DNA of 64,000 bases. Origin: Tubiluchus corallicola. Lineage: Eukaryota > Animalia > Priapulida. The notes under the pieces were generated by a model. That model made no database searches. It was not told the origin of the DNA and was given only the letters and a program-made list of their open reading frames with translations. Both the position numbers and the translations under genes were made by a program. Of this stretch, positions 26,761 through 40,423 are shown one piece after another (the first letter of the stretch is position 1; each line of letters begins with the position of its first letter). Where the stretch lies: positions 62,001 through 126,000 of the forward strand of contig JAQGDQ010000548.1 in the NCBI GenBank assembly GCA_030141605.1, in the 5' to 3' direction.

Positions 26761-28974
26761 TTTAATAAGTCCACAAAAATTCTAATTACCAAAATCATGT
26801 GAAATTAAGAATGGATATCCTTATCTTTAAACAATTAACACGTTCACTTATATTCAGCAAAGTAAAATATTAACTTTTATTAGAGTAAACCAATCAGTTA
26901 ATCGAAATGAACATTGCCATATCAAGAAAAAAAACAAAGCCTATTTCAAAACTATGAACTATGAATTTATTTTCACACCTCAAAATACAATATCAAACAC
27001 ATTAATAAACTTTAAATAAAATAATTTGAGTAGTGCGAGGTGAGTGTACGATCATAAGCACTTAAATGAAAAAATGATAATAGTTATGCATGCTTCTGTA
27101 GATAACTTAATGTAAATAAGGATGAATTAAATGATGTAATAATAGCAATGGTATAAGAGCAATAAACCTGAAAGTTGAGAAAGGAAACCATAATATGTAA
27201 TTACGACTTTGAGTGAACCTTAGAGTGAATTTTTTTTAAATAGTTACGGATATTAATTATGTGATTGTCTGTCAATGTACCACTTACTTGTATTAAAATG
27301 CACCATATTGCTTACTCGTATATACAATGAAATACATATATACACATATATATATTCAAATTTAAGTGGGGGAGAAGACATTAAATTATAAATTATACTT
27401 GTAGTAATAACTATAATTGTATAGAACATTAAATATAATTGATGGTAGTAATGTAGCCATCATAACCATTAAAGATGGGCTATGGGGAGGGAGGGGGGCA
27501 TATTATAAAAATATTAGTGATTCATTCTCAAAATGCATTAAAAAAAATTCACTTGCCTAGTCTCCTGCCCTTTCTTATAAATAGATTAGTCTATTAAAAA
27601 TTAACGGTGATGCTGCAGATAGACATAGACGTGACACTGGATGCAATTATTGTTAATTACTTAAATAAACTAATCAAAATAAAGCAATGACAAAAGCAAA
27701 AATATAAAAACAAACATAACAACAATAGCATAAGTGAAAAAAAGAATAATAATAAATGAAGATGATGAATAAGTATCAATAATTAGTTACGAATTAAATA
27801 AAATTATAATAATGCACAGTTGTTTACAAAATGCTCGGCAAGAAAAAATAATGTGAATATGATTATATAACAGAAAACAAGAAACGTAAAAGCAAAGCAG
27901 AGCAGTTAATTTATGTCAAGATGTAAGATTACGGCGCAATCAATCGCGTCTCGGAGCTGTTACTTTGTGACATTTGGAAATCAGTTAGGTCGATTGCACG
28001 AACTCAGTACTCAGCTCTAGATTATGTCTTTAGAATTTCCTCCATTAACAGGTACATCCGTAACTTTCATCGCACGCTCAAAACATCTGCCAAAGAACTT
28101 CTTGCTGTCCTCGAGTGGACCCGCCATCTGTCCTCTCATTAGACAGACACGGTAATTTGCTAGTTTCTCTGGACATTCACTACTGTAACAGAAATAACCA
28201 GAAGTATCGTAAGTTCAGTACAGATTATTATAGTTTTTACTGTCCTATAGCCCACGTGTTTATTGACGTGGTATGTGGCCTCAAATACGAAATAAACCAT
28301 GTATGGCACAGGGCACATCTGATGGATGCTAGAATGGTTATATCATTTCAAATCAGCAACAAAAATTGTATAGAACCAGTTAAACTCTTTGGAGTTTTAG
28401 CACCTCATCCCTCGCCCTCTCTCCATTTTTTTCTGCCATCCGCAAAAAATGTGATCTAATTAACTGAAAGGAAGTATTTGCCAAATAATGAGTCAGAGCA
28501 ATGAAATTAATTTGAACTGTTTATAATTATAACTATTATAAGAAAGGTGATCAATATCTGAAATGTCTAATGATTGCAGAATTTTATTTAAGTAGTAGAA
28601 TAAATAGCCCTTCACAAATTTAATGTCAGGCCTCAACCATAAACAGTGCTCTCTCTCTAGCCGAATGAAGTAAGTGATTTTTGTAAATCTAAGTTTATTA
28701 ATTGGACAGCAATTTTCTGAGTGATTTTTTTGTTCAAATTACATTACTGCAAATTTTGTATTTTTTGTTTTTTCTCCTTGTTTAGAATTTAAAGACTGCA
28801 GAAACACCTTATGCAAAGAACTTTTGTGTTTGCTGTGTTAACAATAACAGTATTCAATTTCATACTTAATTCACTTGGATCATTAAAAAGGAAAAAATGC
28901 CAAATAAATGCTACTGCATATGACTTATATTTACAGGTAATAGCTGAAGTGCTTTTGGAATTTACTCAATATGA

Positions 28975-29950
28975 GAGTGATAAAATGCTCTGGAACTTTT
29001 TGAGTGAACATTGTTGTACACTCATCCTTCTTTTAGAGTGATAAAATGCTCTGGAACTTTTTGAGTGAACATTGTTGTACATTCATCCTTCTTTTAGAGT
29101 GAACATTGTTGTACACTCATCCTTCTTTTAGAGTGATAAAATGCCCTGGAACTTGTTGAGTGAACATTGTTGTACATTCATTCTTCTTTTAGAGTGATAA
29201 AATGCTCTAGAACTTGTTGAGTGAACATTGTTGTACATACATCCTTCTTTTAGAGTGATAAAATGCCCTGGAACTTGTTGAGTGAACATTGTTGTACATT
29301 CATTCTTCTTTTAGAGTGATAAAATGCTCTAGAACTTGTTGAGTGAACATTGTTGTACATACATCCTTCTTTCAGAGTGATAAAATGCTCTGGAACTTGT
29401 TGAGTGAACATTGTTGTACATTCTTCCTTCTTTTAGAGTGATAAAATGCTCTGGAACTTGTTGAGTGAACATTGTTGTACATTCATCCTTCTTTTAGAGT
29501 GATAAAATGCCCTGGAACTTGTTGAGTGAACATTGTTGTATATTCATTCTTCTTTTAGAGTGATAAAATGCCCTGGAACTTGTTGAGTGAACATTGTTGT
29601 TCAATCATCCTTCTTTTAGAGTGATAAAATGCTCTGGAACTTGTTGAGTGAACATTGTTGTACATTCATCCTTCTTTTAGAGTGATAAAATGTCCTGGAA
29701 CTTGTTGAGTGAACATTGTTGTACATTCATCCTTCTTTTAGAGTGATAAAATGCCCTGGAACTTGTTGAGTGAACATTGTTGTACATTCATCCTTCTTTT
29801 AGAGTGAACATTGTTGTACATTCATCCTTTTAGAGTGATAAAATGCTCTGGAACTTGCTGAGTGAACATTGTTGCACATTCTTCCTTCTTTTAGAGTGAT
29901 AAAATGCTCTGGAACTTGTCGAGTGAACATTGTTGTTCAATCATCCTTCT
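28975..29950. repeat. 61-bp tandem repeat, about 16 copies
   Basis: Unit gagtgataaaatgctctggaacttgttgagtgaacattgttgtacattcatccttctttta; first starts at 28975 and 29036. Confidence 0.95.
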
Positions 29951-31893
29951 TTATCACCACTTGCGTCAAAATGCCAAATGATTGCAAAGGTCAGGCTTAA
30001 TAGGCACGTTTTCCTTTAAGAAGGTGAGGCCATGCTGGTCACCATAAATTTTCCATAAGCATCTTTCCAACAACATTGCTTCTGTTTTGTTATGTCTGTA
30101 GGGTAGACGATCGATATATTGGCCTCAACGTCCTGCTTAGGAGCTCAACTTTCCCACACGAACGTCTCGTAAAAGGCATTGTTCATACAGTACTAGTGGA
30201 AGATGTTTTCTCGGGCGACGGAGTTTCCACATCCAAAACGAAGCTGGAAAGTGGCTTTTGTCTCTGTAAAAAAAGAATAAAAATGACACCTTATGGGCAA
30301 GTGAAAAATGTATGAAGTAACAAACTAAACTAACAATGGGAATGATTGATTGAAATAAACAGTCGGTCAACAAAGATGAAAGTTTGTTGCTGCAACGTGA
30401 TAGTTTTTGTCATACCTTAGCTGCCCACCAATGCTTTTTCTGCCTTTAATGTGAAAATTGTGGACCTCAATCCAACCGTGTCTGTTGCCCAGGGCTTACC
30501 TAAAGTATTGTACAACCAAGGTTTACCATTGTTGATAAATGAAACTTCTACAGCAAAATAATAATAACAGTATTGCAGGAATACTAAAATCGCAGATCAT
30601 AGGCACAATTATGTAGATTCCAAGGTTCCTGATGGGTAGCAAGTGTTTTCAGGGGTGAATACTAGCAGTAAGAGATAAGGATGTGCTATTGTTGATGGAA
30701 ATGATGCTGAATTTGGATTTTTGTTACCATGTGTATATTTCATTTGCATTATTGTTGATAATCGGTTTTACAGAGTCTGCTAAAACCCTTTTGGGCTGCC
30801 TTCATCGGAGACTAGTGTGGTGGGATTAATGTGAGCAAGGATTCATTTCATGTGAAATACGAGCAGAGTGTAAGTATGTGTCTACAGAGTTGTTTATTTT
30901 GGACAGTAAGTTTGTTTGGAAGGTTCTAGGCTTGTAAAGCAGATGGATTTTTGGAGGCAGAAATGGAAAATGACAGAGACCTTGCCGATGACTCCATGCT
31001 ATAACTAATGCAATAAAATGTCTATTTAAACATTGCTGTTTTACGTAGCAACGATGATTACATAATTACTAGACATTTTAGTGCAAACAAACGTGGAGAG
31101 TTTTTTTTGCCGTTGGAGAAGAATTTTTATTTCTTAAATCAAAGTGAATATTGTGAAACATCTGTTGATGGTCTGTGAGAGACAATAGTTAAATGCACAA
31201 TGTTGTATCGACAACCTTTACGTAGCACCAGCACGACTCAGGAGTGAGGTAATTGCCTCGTCATACTTCTTCACTTAGAGCTCTTGGACAACCCACCCTG
31301 TGAGAGATTCTGAAACTTTCGGAGCATTGGTGGAGTGTTCACATAGTGGTGGAGTCCGCAGTATTCTGGTTATACTATTCGGCGGTAGAGGAGAAGCAGA
31401 GATACGACTATGATTCCAGATTATACTACTTGTGGCGTGTCAGAACTCATGGATCGGCTACATAGTGGAGCATCCTCCTTATTCCAGTGCAGGATCATGG
31501 ATTTGGGACTGTGAACCATCCTTGGTGCACTCTGGAAGAGCCGGCCATCGGGAACGACGTATAAACATGAGTATACTCCTTGCTACTTGTCAAATCTGGG
31601 CCCAGTTCTTGTTCAATAATATACTATATAATTTGCACAGCATCCAGGTGTTTATGTTGTTCTATTTCAAAGTTTGTGAAAACATTTTACGATTAACAAC
31701 TCAATGATTATATTTAATAAAATAATCGAGTCCTATAGGAGAATTGCCCCAACATGAATCCAAACGCTTGGTAATGAAATTTGTAGAAATAATTACCCTG
31801 ACGTGTAACTAAATTTAGATTTGAGACTTTGATACTAAATTACCCTAGATCAATTATAATATATTAGCTTTAATACCACAAACTACCACATAG

Positions 31894-33430
31894 ATGGAAT
31901 TACAATGTGTATCTATTGGTCTCGAAGAGGCCAAAAGACCATTGAAATTCCATCTTTCTGAAGGAAGAGTCACTCAAGTAATTAAATTTGAGTATCTAAT
32001 CCCTTTTAACAACATTGTAACTGCTAGATCAGACGCCGGATGGCCAGCTCAAGCCGTGAATGCTAGAACTAGTAACGATGAAATATGCTCTACTGGAGAG
32101 ATTGGGCGAGGCTGGGGCAATTGCTGCTTCCTGTTTGGAACAGGTTTGACACAAACATGTCTATTGCCAACAACGGTGTCTAGATCAGCACTAGAATATG
32201 CCTGGATCTTCTGAATACATGACATGGAGATGACAGCAGCATTTACTGTAGGAACCAATCATGATAAAGGAGATACTAGATCCATGGGCAAAATATCACA
32301 GAATGGGGAAGACAAGATGGTGCTATGTACTAGAGTAGGAAATGGTAATTGGAAGCATAATGATACAGAGTGTGAGGTGGCAGAAGGCCAGAAAATAGTT
32401 ATGCATAAAGGAAAAACTAGCACTATCATTACCTTAACAGGACTAGCAAGAATGGTAGTTGATTGCGATGTAAAGGAACACGACTCACATAATAATGTAT
32501 ACCTTATAGTGTACGAAAAAGAAGAAGCCACAGGGGGACTGGACAGATAAGGGTAAGGTAGATGGTCCAGCAACAACATTGGATCTGCCATATGTCACAG
32601 AATTAGGTGGAAAGCTGCACTATGCAGAAAGACTGATAAAATGGGGAGAAGTTGATATTAATTCCATTCACTATTGGATAAGAGAAGTGAGCGGGAGAGA
32701 ATTAAACCATAAGCTGAAGACTAATGGAAGAGTAAAACTGGAGGCATTGCATGTATCAGTAACGATGGTATGCAGACTAGGCATCAAGCCAGTTAAATTA
32801 AATTTGGCCACAGTGAATGAAAGTGATAAGGATGAACCAATTAGGATAAGTACATATTTGAAAGAGGATTGTACTTTAGTGGTAACATCAACAACTTGTC
32901 ATGTTTCTCCTCAAACAGTAACTTACTCATCCATAAATACAATTGAGAAAATCATTAAGGTTGGCTGTCCAACATCAACCGGAAAGGTATGTGTTGGAAC
33001 AAATTGTGTTAAGGTAGGTACTGATAAAATGTGGTTAAATTGGGCTTCACATTATGTAGAATCATGGAGACGCTATTCTACGGCAGTGACACAGGATCCT
33101 ACAGCTGGACTTGGTGCTTTTGGAGGAGGATTAGTTAAAGGAATGAAAAGAACAGTCAGTGATATACTCAAAAGTATAGGATTTGATAGTTCTTTTAAGA
33201 ATAGGATTAATAGTAGTAGGCTACTTTGTGTGCACTAGAATGTAGAATGATAAAGGAGCCATGCTAGGTATAGGGCTAATGGTACTTGGAGTGACGAGTT
33301 TTATACCAGGAGTAATGACTCAATCTGTTGAGTTCAACAAAGAGGTTCAAAAACAACTGGATACTCTTTGGGAAGAACTTAAGAAAAAAGATGAAGCCAT
33401 AAAAAGTAGGGATGATTTGTTGTATGATGG
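31894..33430 (+). pseudogene. Endogenous viral element 1: flavivirus-like envelope (E) glycoprotein, degraded
   Basis: Fusion loop ICSTGEIGRGWGNCCFLFGTGLTQTC (core 32104-32145) vs flavivirus DRGWGNGCGLFGKG. LTGLARMVVDC vs LTGYGTVTMEC; DLPY..ERLIKW vs DLPLPW..ETLVTF; stem GAFGGGLVKGMKRTV vs FGSLGGVFTSIGK; two TM helices at 33183-33320. In-frame stops at 32212 and 33243; frameshifts near 32550 and 33185. Confidence 0.88.
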
Positions 33431-33899
33431 TGTATTGATGTGTTGTATGATGAGGGCATTTCCTGATGGTGTACGACCTGGAGGACTTGGTTTTGTTCCA
33501 CCACCTCTGGAGCATGCAATCTACCGGAATTTAGAAGACTTTGGCTGACGACATCTTGCCGCTTGCACTAAATAGACGACGTTAGTAAAGTTTTTTTTAT
33601 AATTATTAAATGTCAACCGTAATTAAGAATTAACATTAACACTTTCATGTAATTATACAATTAGTCTTTTTCAGCCACTCTAGGTTCTACTGCACAGACT
33701 GGTTGGTGCTTGGAATCTGAAAATCAGTGCTGAATATTTCAGTCGAAGCATCTGTAATATTTTTCATAATGAAATCACCTCTTTTGTTGTCTTAATTTTT
33801 CGTACGGAGGTCTTAGATGATTTGAAATATAATCTTGAGATGTTAGTTATGGAACAGAATAGAAATGTTTAGCGTGAAAGATCTTACTACTCGGTCTAA

Positions 33900-34315
33900 C
33901 CGTTGCTTAACTTTAACACAGGCTAATGCTTGAAGCAGAGAATAACTTTGCAAAAACATCTAAATTTAATAATTTAATCATTTTTTGATAACAGACTACA
34001 AGAAAGAAAATGGGAAGAGAAACAAGGTTGAAAAGGTCACATTTAGCCTGGATTCGAACCAGGGAAAACGTGATTACAAGTATTTTGGTCTTGGCCAATA
34101 AGTCTTAAATATGCCATCTAATACAACATGTTCAACTGTCAGTTTACTTGAACTACAGAAATTAATTGAATTTCTTATCTGTTAGACCTAAGCTTTTGTA
34201 ATAATTAATGTATTTCCAAAAAAATGTTAATAATGTCGGATTACTAGACGAATTGTTAGGATTAAAGACCTGCTTTGATAACTGCTAATTGTTCATTATA
34301 TTTTTCTTATAATTA
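33900..34315 (+). repeat. Duplicated block A, left part (continues at 40312-41010 after the hAT insertion; paralog 46222-47390)
   Basis: ctttaacacag.ctaatgcttgaagcagag... is colinear with 46222-46615. 40312-41010 matches 46616-47390; 41345-41480 matches 48280-48420. Confidence 0.85.
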
Positions 34316-34757
34316 CAAGGCCGTAGTCGGCAGTCCGGCCATGGCTGGACCACTTTTTCTGCCATACGTGCCTAGACATCTCCCCTTCATTATTTATAAT
34401 GACAACAATAAAGCACATAAAACGTTTCTATTCGATGCTAAAGGAAGCAATTTTGGTTTAGACTTCATTATTATATCCAATCAGCAAACAGAAATTATAT
34501 CCAATCAGCAAACAGAATAACGCACTCGTTTTTGTTACTCATTCTCAAAGCTGAAATACTAGCTGCCTATCAAACTCTGTGATTATCGATTGCTTCTCTA
34601 GCTGGCAGTTAAAGTGTGTGTTTCGTCTCAGCCAGCTATATTATCTTTTCACTGGGTCAACTGTTGGATGTGAATTTTATCTTTATTGTGAATTTATGTT
34701 TTTATGTGAATTTTATCTTTATTGTGAATTTATGTTTTTATGTGAATTCATCTATCA

Positions 34758-35150
34758 TGGATATACCACCGGTTCCAAATCACATTTCCCCAACGCTCGT
34801 TTGGTCATAAAAACATTGTGCAAAGAAGTTTTCAGTCTTCCTGGTTTGCAAATAGAACGTGGTTGCATTATGACGAAGCAAACGACCTTGCGTTTTGCCA
34901 TGTATGCATTGTGATTCTTGTCAGGATACTACTAGTGATTCCGGCTACAAATTCTACAAGTGAAAGGACATTCTCAGCCCTGCGTAGAGTAAAAACTTAT
35001 TTGCGTAGTACGATGACTCAAACTAGACTGAACAATCTCATGACTTTGCATGTACATATGGATAGAACAGACGCTCTCGACCTGAAGGAAATTGCGAACG
35101 AGTTTACTGCTAGAAATGAGCGGCGCAGATGTGTGTTTGGAAAGTTTTAA
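34758..35150 (+). pseudogene. hAT transposase remnant: TTF-type zinc finger fused to hATC dimerization domain
   Basis: RSFQSSWF..WLHYDEANDLAFCHVC is joined directly to LVIPATNSTSERTFSALRRVKTYLRSTMTQTRLNNLMTLHVH. Confidence 0.85.
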
Positions 35151-35230
35151 TCAATCATGTCATCATTGAGTATGTGTAGTGCTCTATTATATTATAACTC
35201 TGTATTATAAATTATACTTGATATATATAA

Positions 35231-36261
35231 TTGATGACAATGACAGCAGTACTAACGAGGCAGATGACGCTGAATATAGCTCGGTCAAAGAAATGAAAGC
35301 ATTAGCTGTAAATTTAACCAAGAAGTCAAAAGATGTTGAAAAACTAAGGATAGTCATAAATGTTATGAGAGGACATGACAATTCGCAGCAAATATTAGAA
35401 AAACTGGAAACAGTTAACAACTTGGTTGTAAACCTAGACAAAAAGATGTCACAAATAATATCAGGCCAAATTGGCAAACCTTTATATAGCAATGCAGTCA
35501 GAAAAAACCTGCCAAGGTCATTCTCTGAAACAGCCAAGACAAGTAACACTTCAAGTAACTCCTCGTCCATATAGGACCCTGATAAAACTGTCATTGTAGA
35601 AAATGTGAGCTAAAAACATCTCGTCAGTTCCAGCATTAACATTAAGAAGAATTTGTGTACACATTTTCCGAGAACGAAATTTGATATTGCCTTCAGAACA
35701 TCCAGAGGGAAAATTCAATTACAAGTCCCAGATAAAACAACAGCAAACGATATGATAAAGAACTGGAAGCCAGAATATATGGGAGGTGGTACTCGCGTAA
35801 GAAAGCCAGTATCTCCGCGTATGAGCGACGCAGAAACACGCGCTGATATTGAAAGATACTATGACATCATCCAGATTGAACGCTGCAAAAGAAAAGACGG
35901 GAAAAACTTGCCATTAGTGAAAGTTACGTTCCAGACAGGAGACGATCTCACAAAAGCAGTCCAGGAAAGCCTACCAATCGGTCAAATGATGTGCTCGGTA
36001 GAAGAGTTTGCTCCTAAGAGAAGACCACTCAGATGTTTTAAGTGCCAGGGGTACAAACACATTGCGAAATGGTGTACTAGAGGCTCCAAATGTGGAAAAT
36101 GCTCAGGAAAGCATGAATCAAACGAGTGTACTTCAGAACAGTTAAAGTGTGCAAACTGTGGCGAATCGCACGCGGCATGGGACAGAAGTTGTGAACTTTA
36201 CGTAAATGAAGCCAAACGACTAAGCAATTACTCACCCTCTTTACCTACATCATTCATATGA
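35231..36261 (+). pseudogene. LINE ORF1 (coiled coil plus three CCHC zinc knuckles), interrupted
   Basis: CFKCQGYKHIAKWC, CGKCSGKHESNEC and CANCGESHAAWDRSC; stops at 35572 and about 35611. Confidence 0.85.
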
Positions 36262-39200
36262 TAACATTCTCATGTCCCGCTTGCGAGAAACCTGTTAAAC
36301 ATAACCAAAAGGCTCTAGGATATGACAACTGTTATAGGTGGATTCACCTAAGATGCTTACCGTTATCTGTTGACGATCATAATGACCTGGCTACAGATGA
36401 TAATGAATGGTTTTGCCATCTTTGTCTACAGTCTATTTTCCCATTTAATAATATACCAGATGACGAAGAATTTAAACATATTGCACGTTTTTCAAATATT
36501 GGTTCTATCTTGTGCGATTATAACTTAAATCTCTTTTGCACTGAATCAGATGATAGCAATAATATCACGAATATGGCACATCCTGATTTAAATTTTTTTA
36601 ATACACCAAACTTAATACCAAAAAGCAATTACTATGATGAAGATCAGTTCACATCTTTGTACAGTAACACTGATTTCAATACACCACTGTCTATGATCCA
36701 TGTTAATATTCGTAGCCTAAAAGCTAATTTTGATTATTTAAATGTATATTTAGAATCATTAACTATAAGTTTTTCAATTATTGCCTTATCAGAAACATGG
36801 CTCCAAGATGATTCAGGAGTAACCATTTTCCTGCCTGGATATGAATTTATAAATCGTAAACACAAATCTGGTGGTGGAGTCGGCTTGCTTATAAGGAAAG
36901 ACATACCTTATACAGTGAGAAAAGACCTATGCCACATCAATGATCCAGACATAGAATCACTCTTCATTGAATTACGCAGCAAGAATAAAAATACAATAAT
37001 GGGAGTAATATATAGACCACCTGGTGAAAATCCTAACCATTTCACAGACAAAATACAGAACACTATGGCAATTGTTAATCGACAAAACAAACATATTTTC
37101 TTACTAGGAGACTATAATATAAATTTAATAAACCACGCTTCTCACAACGAAACCGGACACTTTTTAGACACAATGCTGACCAATTATCTGTTTCCTACTG
37201 TTACAAGACCAACAAGAATTACGCCTTATTCAGCAACACTAATTGATAATATATTTACGAATGCACTAGATTATAAGTATAAATCAGGTATTTTTCTAAC
37301 AGATATAACAGATCACCTCCCAATTTTTTTAATTATTGATCTCAAAATTGAAACATACAGTAAGGAATACGTGCGCAAACATACTTATAATGTTCATATA
37401 AAAAACAAAATTATCCAAGATTTAAATCAATGTGACTGGTTAGATTTATATTCTGCAACTAATACCGAAGACGCATACAATTTATTTCATACTAAGCTTT
37501 CTGATATCTATAACAAACATATTAAACTACAGAAAAGCAATAACAATCATCAAGCAGCAAAAAACCTTGGATTACTACAGCAATTTTAGTAAGGGTTAAG
37601 CGGAAAAATAAAATGTATCGTTCTCTGGTGAACAAGACAAATAATGACGTATCTGAAGTAGAATACAAACGATATAGAAATGAACTTAATACAGTTATAA
37701 AAGCATCAAAATGTCAGTATTATAGGGATAGATTGATGACAGTTAAAGATAACATAAAAAAGACATGGGATACAATGAAAGAAATTATGCATAAAGAAAG
37801 GCAAAATCGACCCATTACGTTGTTCATAAACAATTAATTAAAAATAATGTAGAGGTGGCAAATGCTTTTAACGATTACTTTGCCAATATTGGACCAATAT
37901 TATCAGAACAAATTGAAAACACAAACATAAATCCATGTACATATCTTAAAGGTACCTACCGACAAAGCTTTTTTATTAGTGCAGTAACAGAAAATGATAT
38001 AATAAATACTTGTAAATCGTTTAATCGGAATAAAGGTCCTGGTAAGGACAAAATGTTACCTAAAGTCGTAATAGACACCATTGACTACATCTGTAAACCT
38101 TTGCAATATTTAATTAATTTATCTTTTCTTACAGGTGAAATACCAACGAAATTGAAAGAATCAATTATTGTTCCTTTGTTTAAATCAGATGATCCCATGT
38201 CTCTGAACAATTATAGACCAGTGTCCTTATTGCCTTTTATATCAAAAATATTAGAAAAAGTTTTTTACAATCAGTTATCTCATTATTTAATAAAAAAAGA
38301 ATTCTGAGTAATAAACAATTTGGTTTCAGAAAAGGTAGCTCCACTGAAATAGCCTTAACAAAAATTATAGAAAATATCATTAATACTGTTGAAAACAATG
38401 GCACATCCTACGGAGTATTTTGCGACCTATCAAAAGCATTTGATACAGTAAACCATGACATTCTGCTAAATAAGTTGTACTATTACGGTATCAGAGGTTT
38501 GCCTCATATGTGGCTAAAGAATTATTTAACAGGGCGCACTCAGACAGTAAAATATAATAACGCTTTTTCAGATGTAACACCAATCAAATGTGGCGTGCCC
38601 CAAGGCTCAGTCCTCGGGCCACTACTTTTTTTAATTTATATTAATGACATCAAATTTTGTGTTAAAAATCACAATTTATTTCAGTTTGCTGATGATACAA
38701 GCATTTTTTTTAGCTTTCATAAAATAGAAACCAATAGACTACATAAATACAGTTCTACATGATCTAGCTATATGGTTCAAAACTAATAAACTTTCACTAA
38801 ATTCATCAAAAACAAAATACATTCTGTTTAGATCCCGAAGTAAACCAATCCAGGCGAACCACGATTTAATAATAGACCATAAAAGAATTACACGTGTAAA
38901 AGAACTGAAATTTCTGGGATTAATACTGAATGAGCATCTAGACTGGCGACCACATATTTTCATGATCAGATTAAAAATATCAAAAAATATAGGTATCATT
39001 TCATATATTAAAAACTTTCTGAACACCGACCATCTTCTAACATTATACAACAGTTTAATATTATCATATTTAAATTACTGCACAACATTATGGGGCTTTA
39101 CTTATACTACAAATTTAGAATGCTTAAGAGTTTTACAACGAAAATTTTTACGTGTCATCTTCAAACTAGACAAAAGGAGCACAATTACTACTACACATTT

Positions 39201-39504
39201 TAAGCAATGTCAAATATTACTTCTGGATGATGTCATTAATTTTAATGGATGTATATACATGTATAGAACAAACAACAACTTATTTCCAACTTTTTTTGAA
39301 AATCCAGTCAAGATAAATGTAAAAAAATACAATACCAGACATAATGAATATATACCAAGACGTTGTAGAACAAATATGGCGAAACACTTCATTAGCTATA
39401 TGGGACCAGTCCTATGGAACAGACTAAGCCGCAATTCGAAATGTAGTCACTCCCTTTTAACTTTTAAAAAAACCGTCAGAAAAGAAATATTTCAAAAGTA
39501 TTAA
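36258..39504 (+). pseudogene. LINE ORF2 (PHD-APE endonuclease-RT), frameshifted
   Basis: PHD CPAC...WIHLRC...WFCHLC; APE HVNIRSL, LSETWL, LGDYN, TDHLP; RT NYRPVSLLP, GVPQGSVLGPLLF, FADDT. ATGA overlap with the ORF1 stop. Confidence 0.92.
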
Positions 39505-40423
39505 GAGTAACACAATTTTAGGCTCAAACTGTATACATCAAAAAATTATTCTGTAATGAAATTTGCACATTATGGTCTATATATAAGTAACTGTGGTAAA
39601 TACAGTTGTATTTTATATATTATATATGAAGTGTATTTATGTGTGTAAAATGTATTGTACTTCTGCAAATTGAGAATAAAATTTGAATTTGAATTTGAAT
39701 TTGAAAATTTGAAAAAAAAAGAAATGAAACAGTTTTCGCAAGCAGTAAGAAGTAATTGTATACATATGCTACATCAACAACTTTGCAAAACTATATTGTC
39801 GCAATCAGCTTAACGCTTAAGTAAGAAGAAGTAAATTCGTTTTGGCACATTTGAGTGTGCCGCCTCTTTTGCACATTGCTCCGTTTGGTTGCTATGGCTT
39901 GTTAATATTATTAAAATTTTAATGCAAATCTAATCCCTACATCTTGTCATTCACCATTGTTTCTCATCATATCATTACACTTATTACCTTACAGGCTTTC
40001 CTTCCTTTTATCTTGAAACTTTGTTATTCCATTTTGCCTATTCAGCTCAGACCTTACAAGTTCATCTTCTGATCTGAGCCGATAATTGACTGCGCTGAAT
40101 TAATCAATTGTTTGGCTATATTTCATCTATTATTTTCAAATTGTGAATTTTTGTGTAAGATATTGTAAAATTGTACTTGGCTTTTGGAATAAATAAATTA
40201 TATTATATATTATTATATTAATATACTCTTCTGTATGTTGCTGCTGTATTCTTCTTCTACCTGTTCCGTATCTGTGGTCGGACCACTTTTCAAAAGCCGA
40301 CTACGGCCCTGAATTAACGCGATGACATAGTAAGTCCTATTACTTCATAATAAGTCACATTTTAAAGCATAACTTTATGAAGTTCAGCAATAGTGAAATT
40401 GCTTTGTTAATTTCAGAATCAAG

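Larger units (their letters stand above)
35231..39720 (+). mobile_element. CR1/L2-group LINE, near full length, degraded
   Basis: ORF1 with three CCHC knuckles; ORF2 with PHD, APE endonuclease and RT; AATAAA followed by a (TTTGAA)n tail at 39676-39712. Confidence 0.92.
34316..40311 (+). mobile_element. Internally deleted hAT transposon with 5-bp TSD (hAT5-like), hosting a LINE
   Basis: TIR caaggccgtagtcggc / gccgactacggccctg with AATTA on both sides. Empty paralogous site tctaattaacgc at about 46609-46620. Confidence 0.88.

Noticed and set aside
28975-29950. Regular arrays (also 1075-2835, 3700-4920, 11630-12275) as CRISPR
   Set aside because: Head-to-tail tandem repeats with no unique spacers and no cas genes, in a eukaryotic context.
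27950-31600. Spliced + strand gene leading into EVE1
   Set aside because: Several splice-like sites exist (28788, 28937, 30101) but I could not build a coherent reading frame; needs RNA data.
31894-33430. Flaviviral NS1/NS3/NS5 or contamination by a whole virus genome
   Set aside because: No helicase or RdRp motifs seen. Stops and frameshifts and host-like flanks indicate an old integration.
34035-34115. tRNA-like sequence on the minus strand (also about 46335-46400 and 49020-49075)
   Set aside because: A T-arm/B-box is present but the D and anticodon stems do not pair; at most a SINE head or relic.
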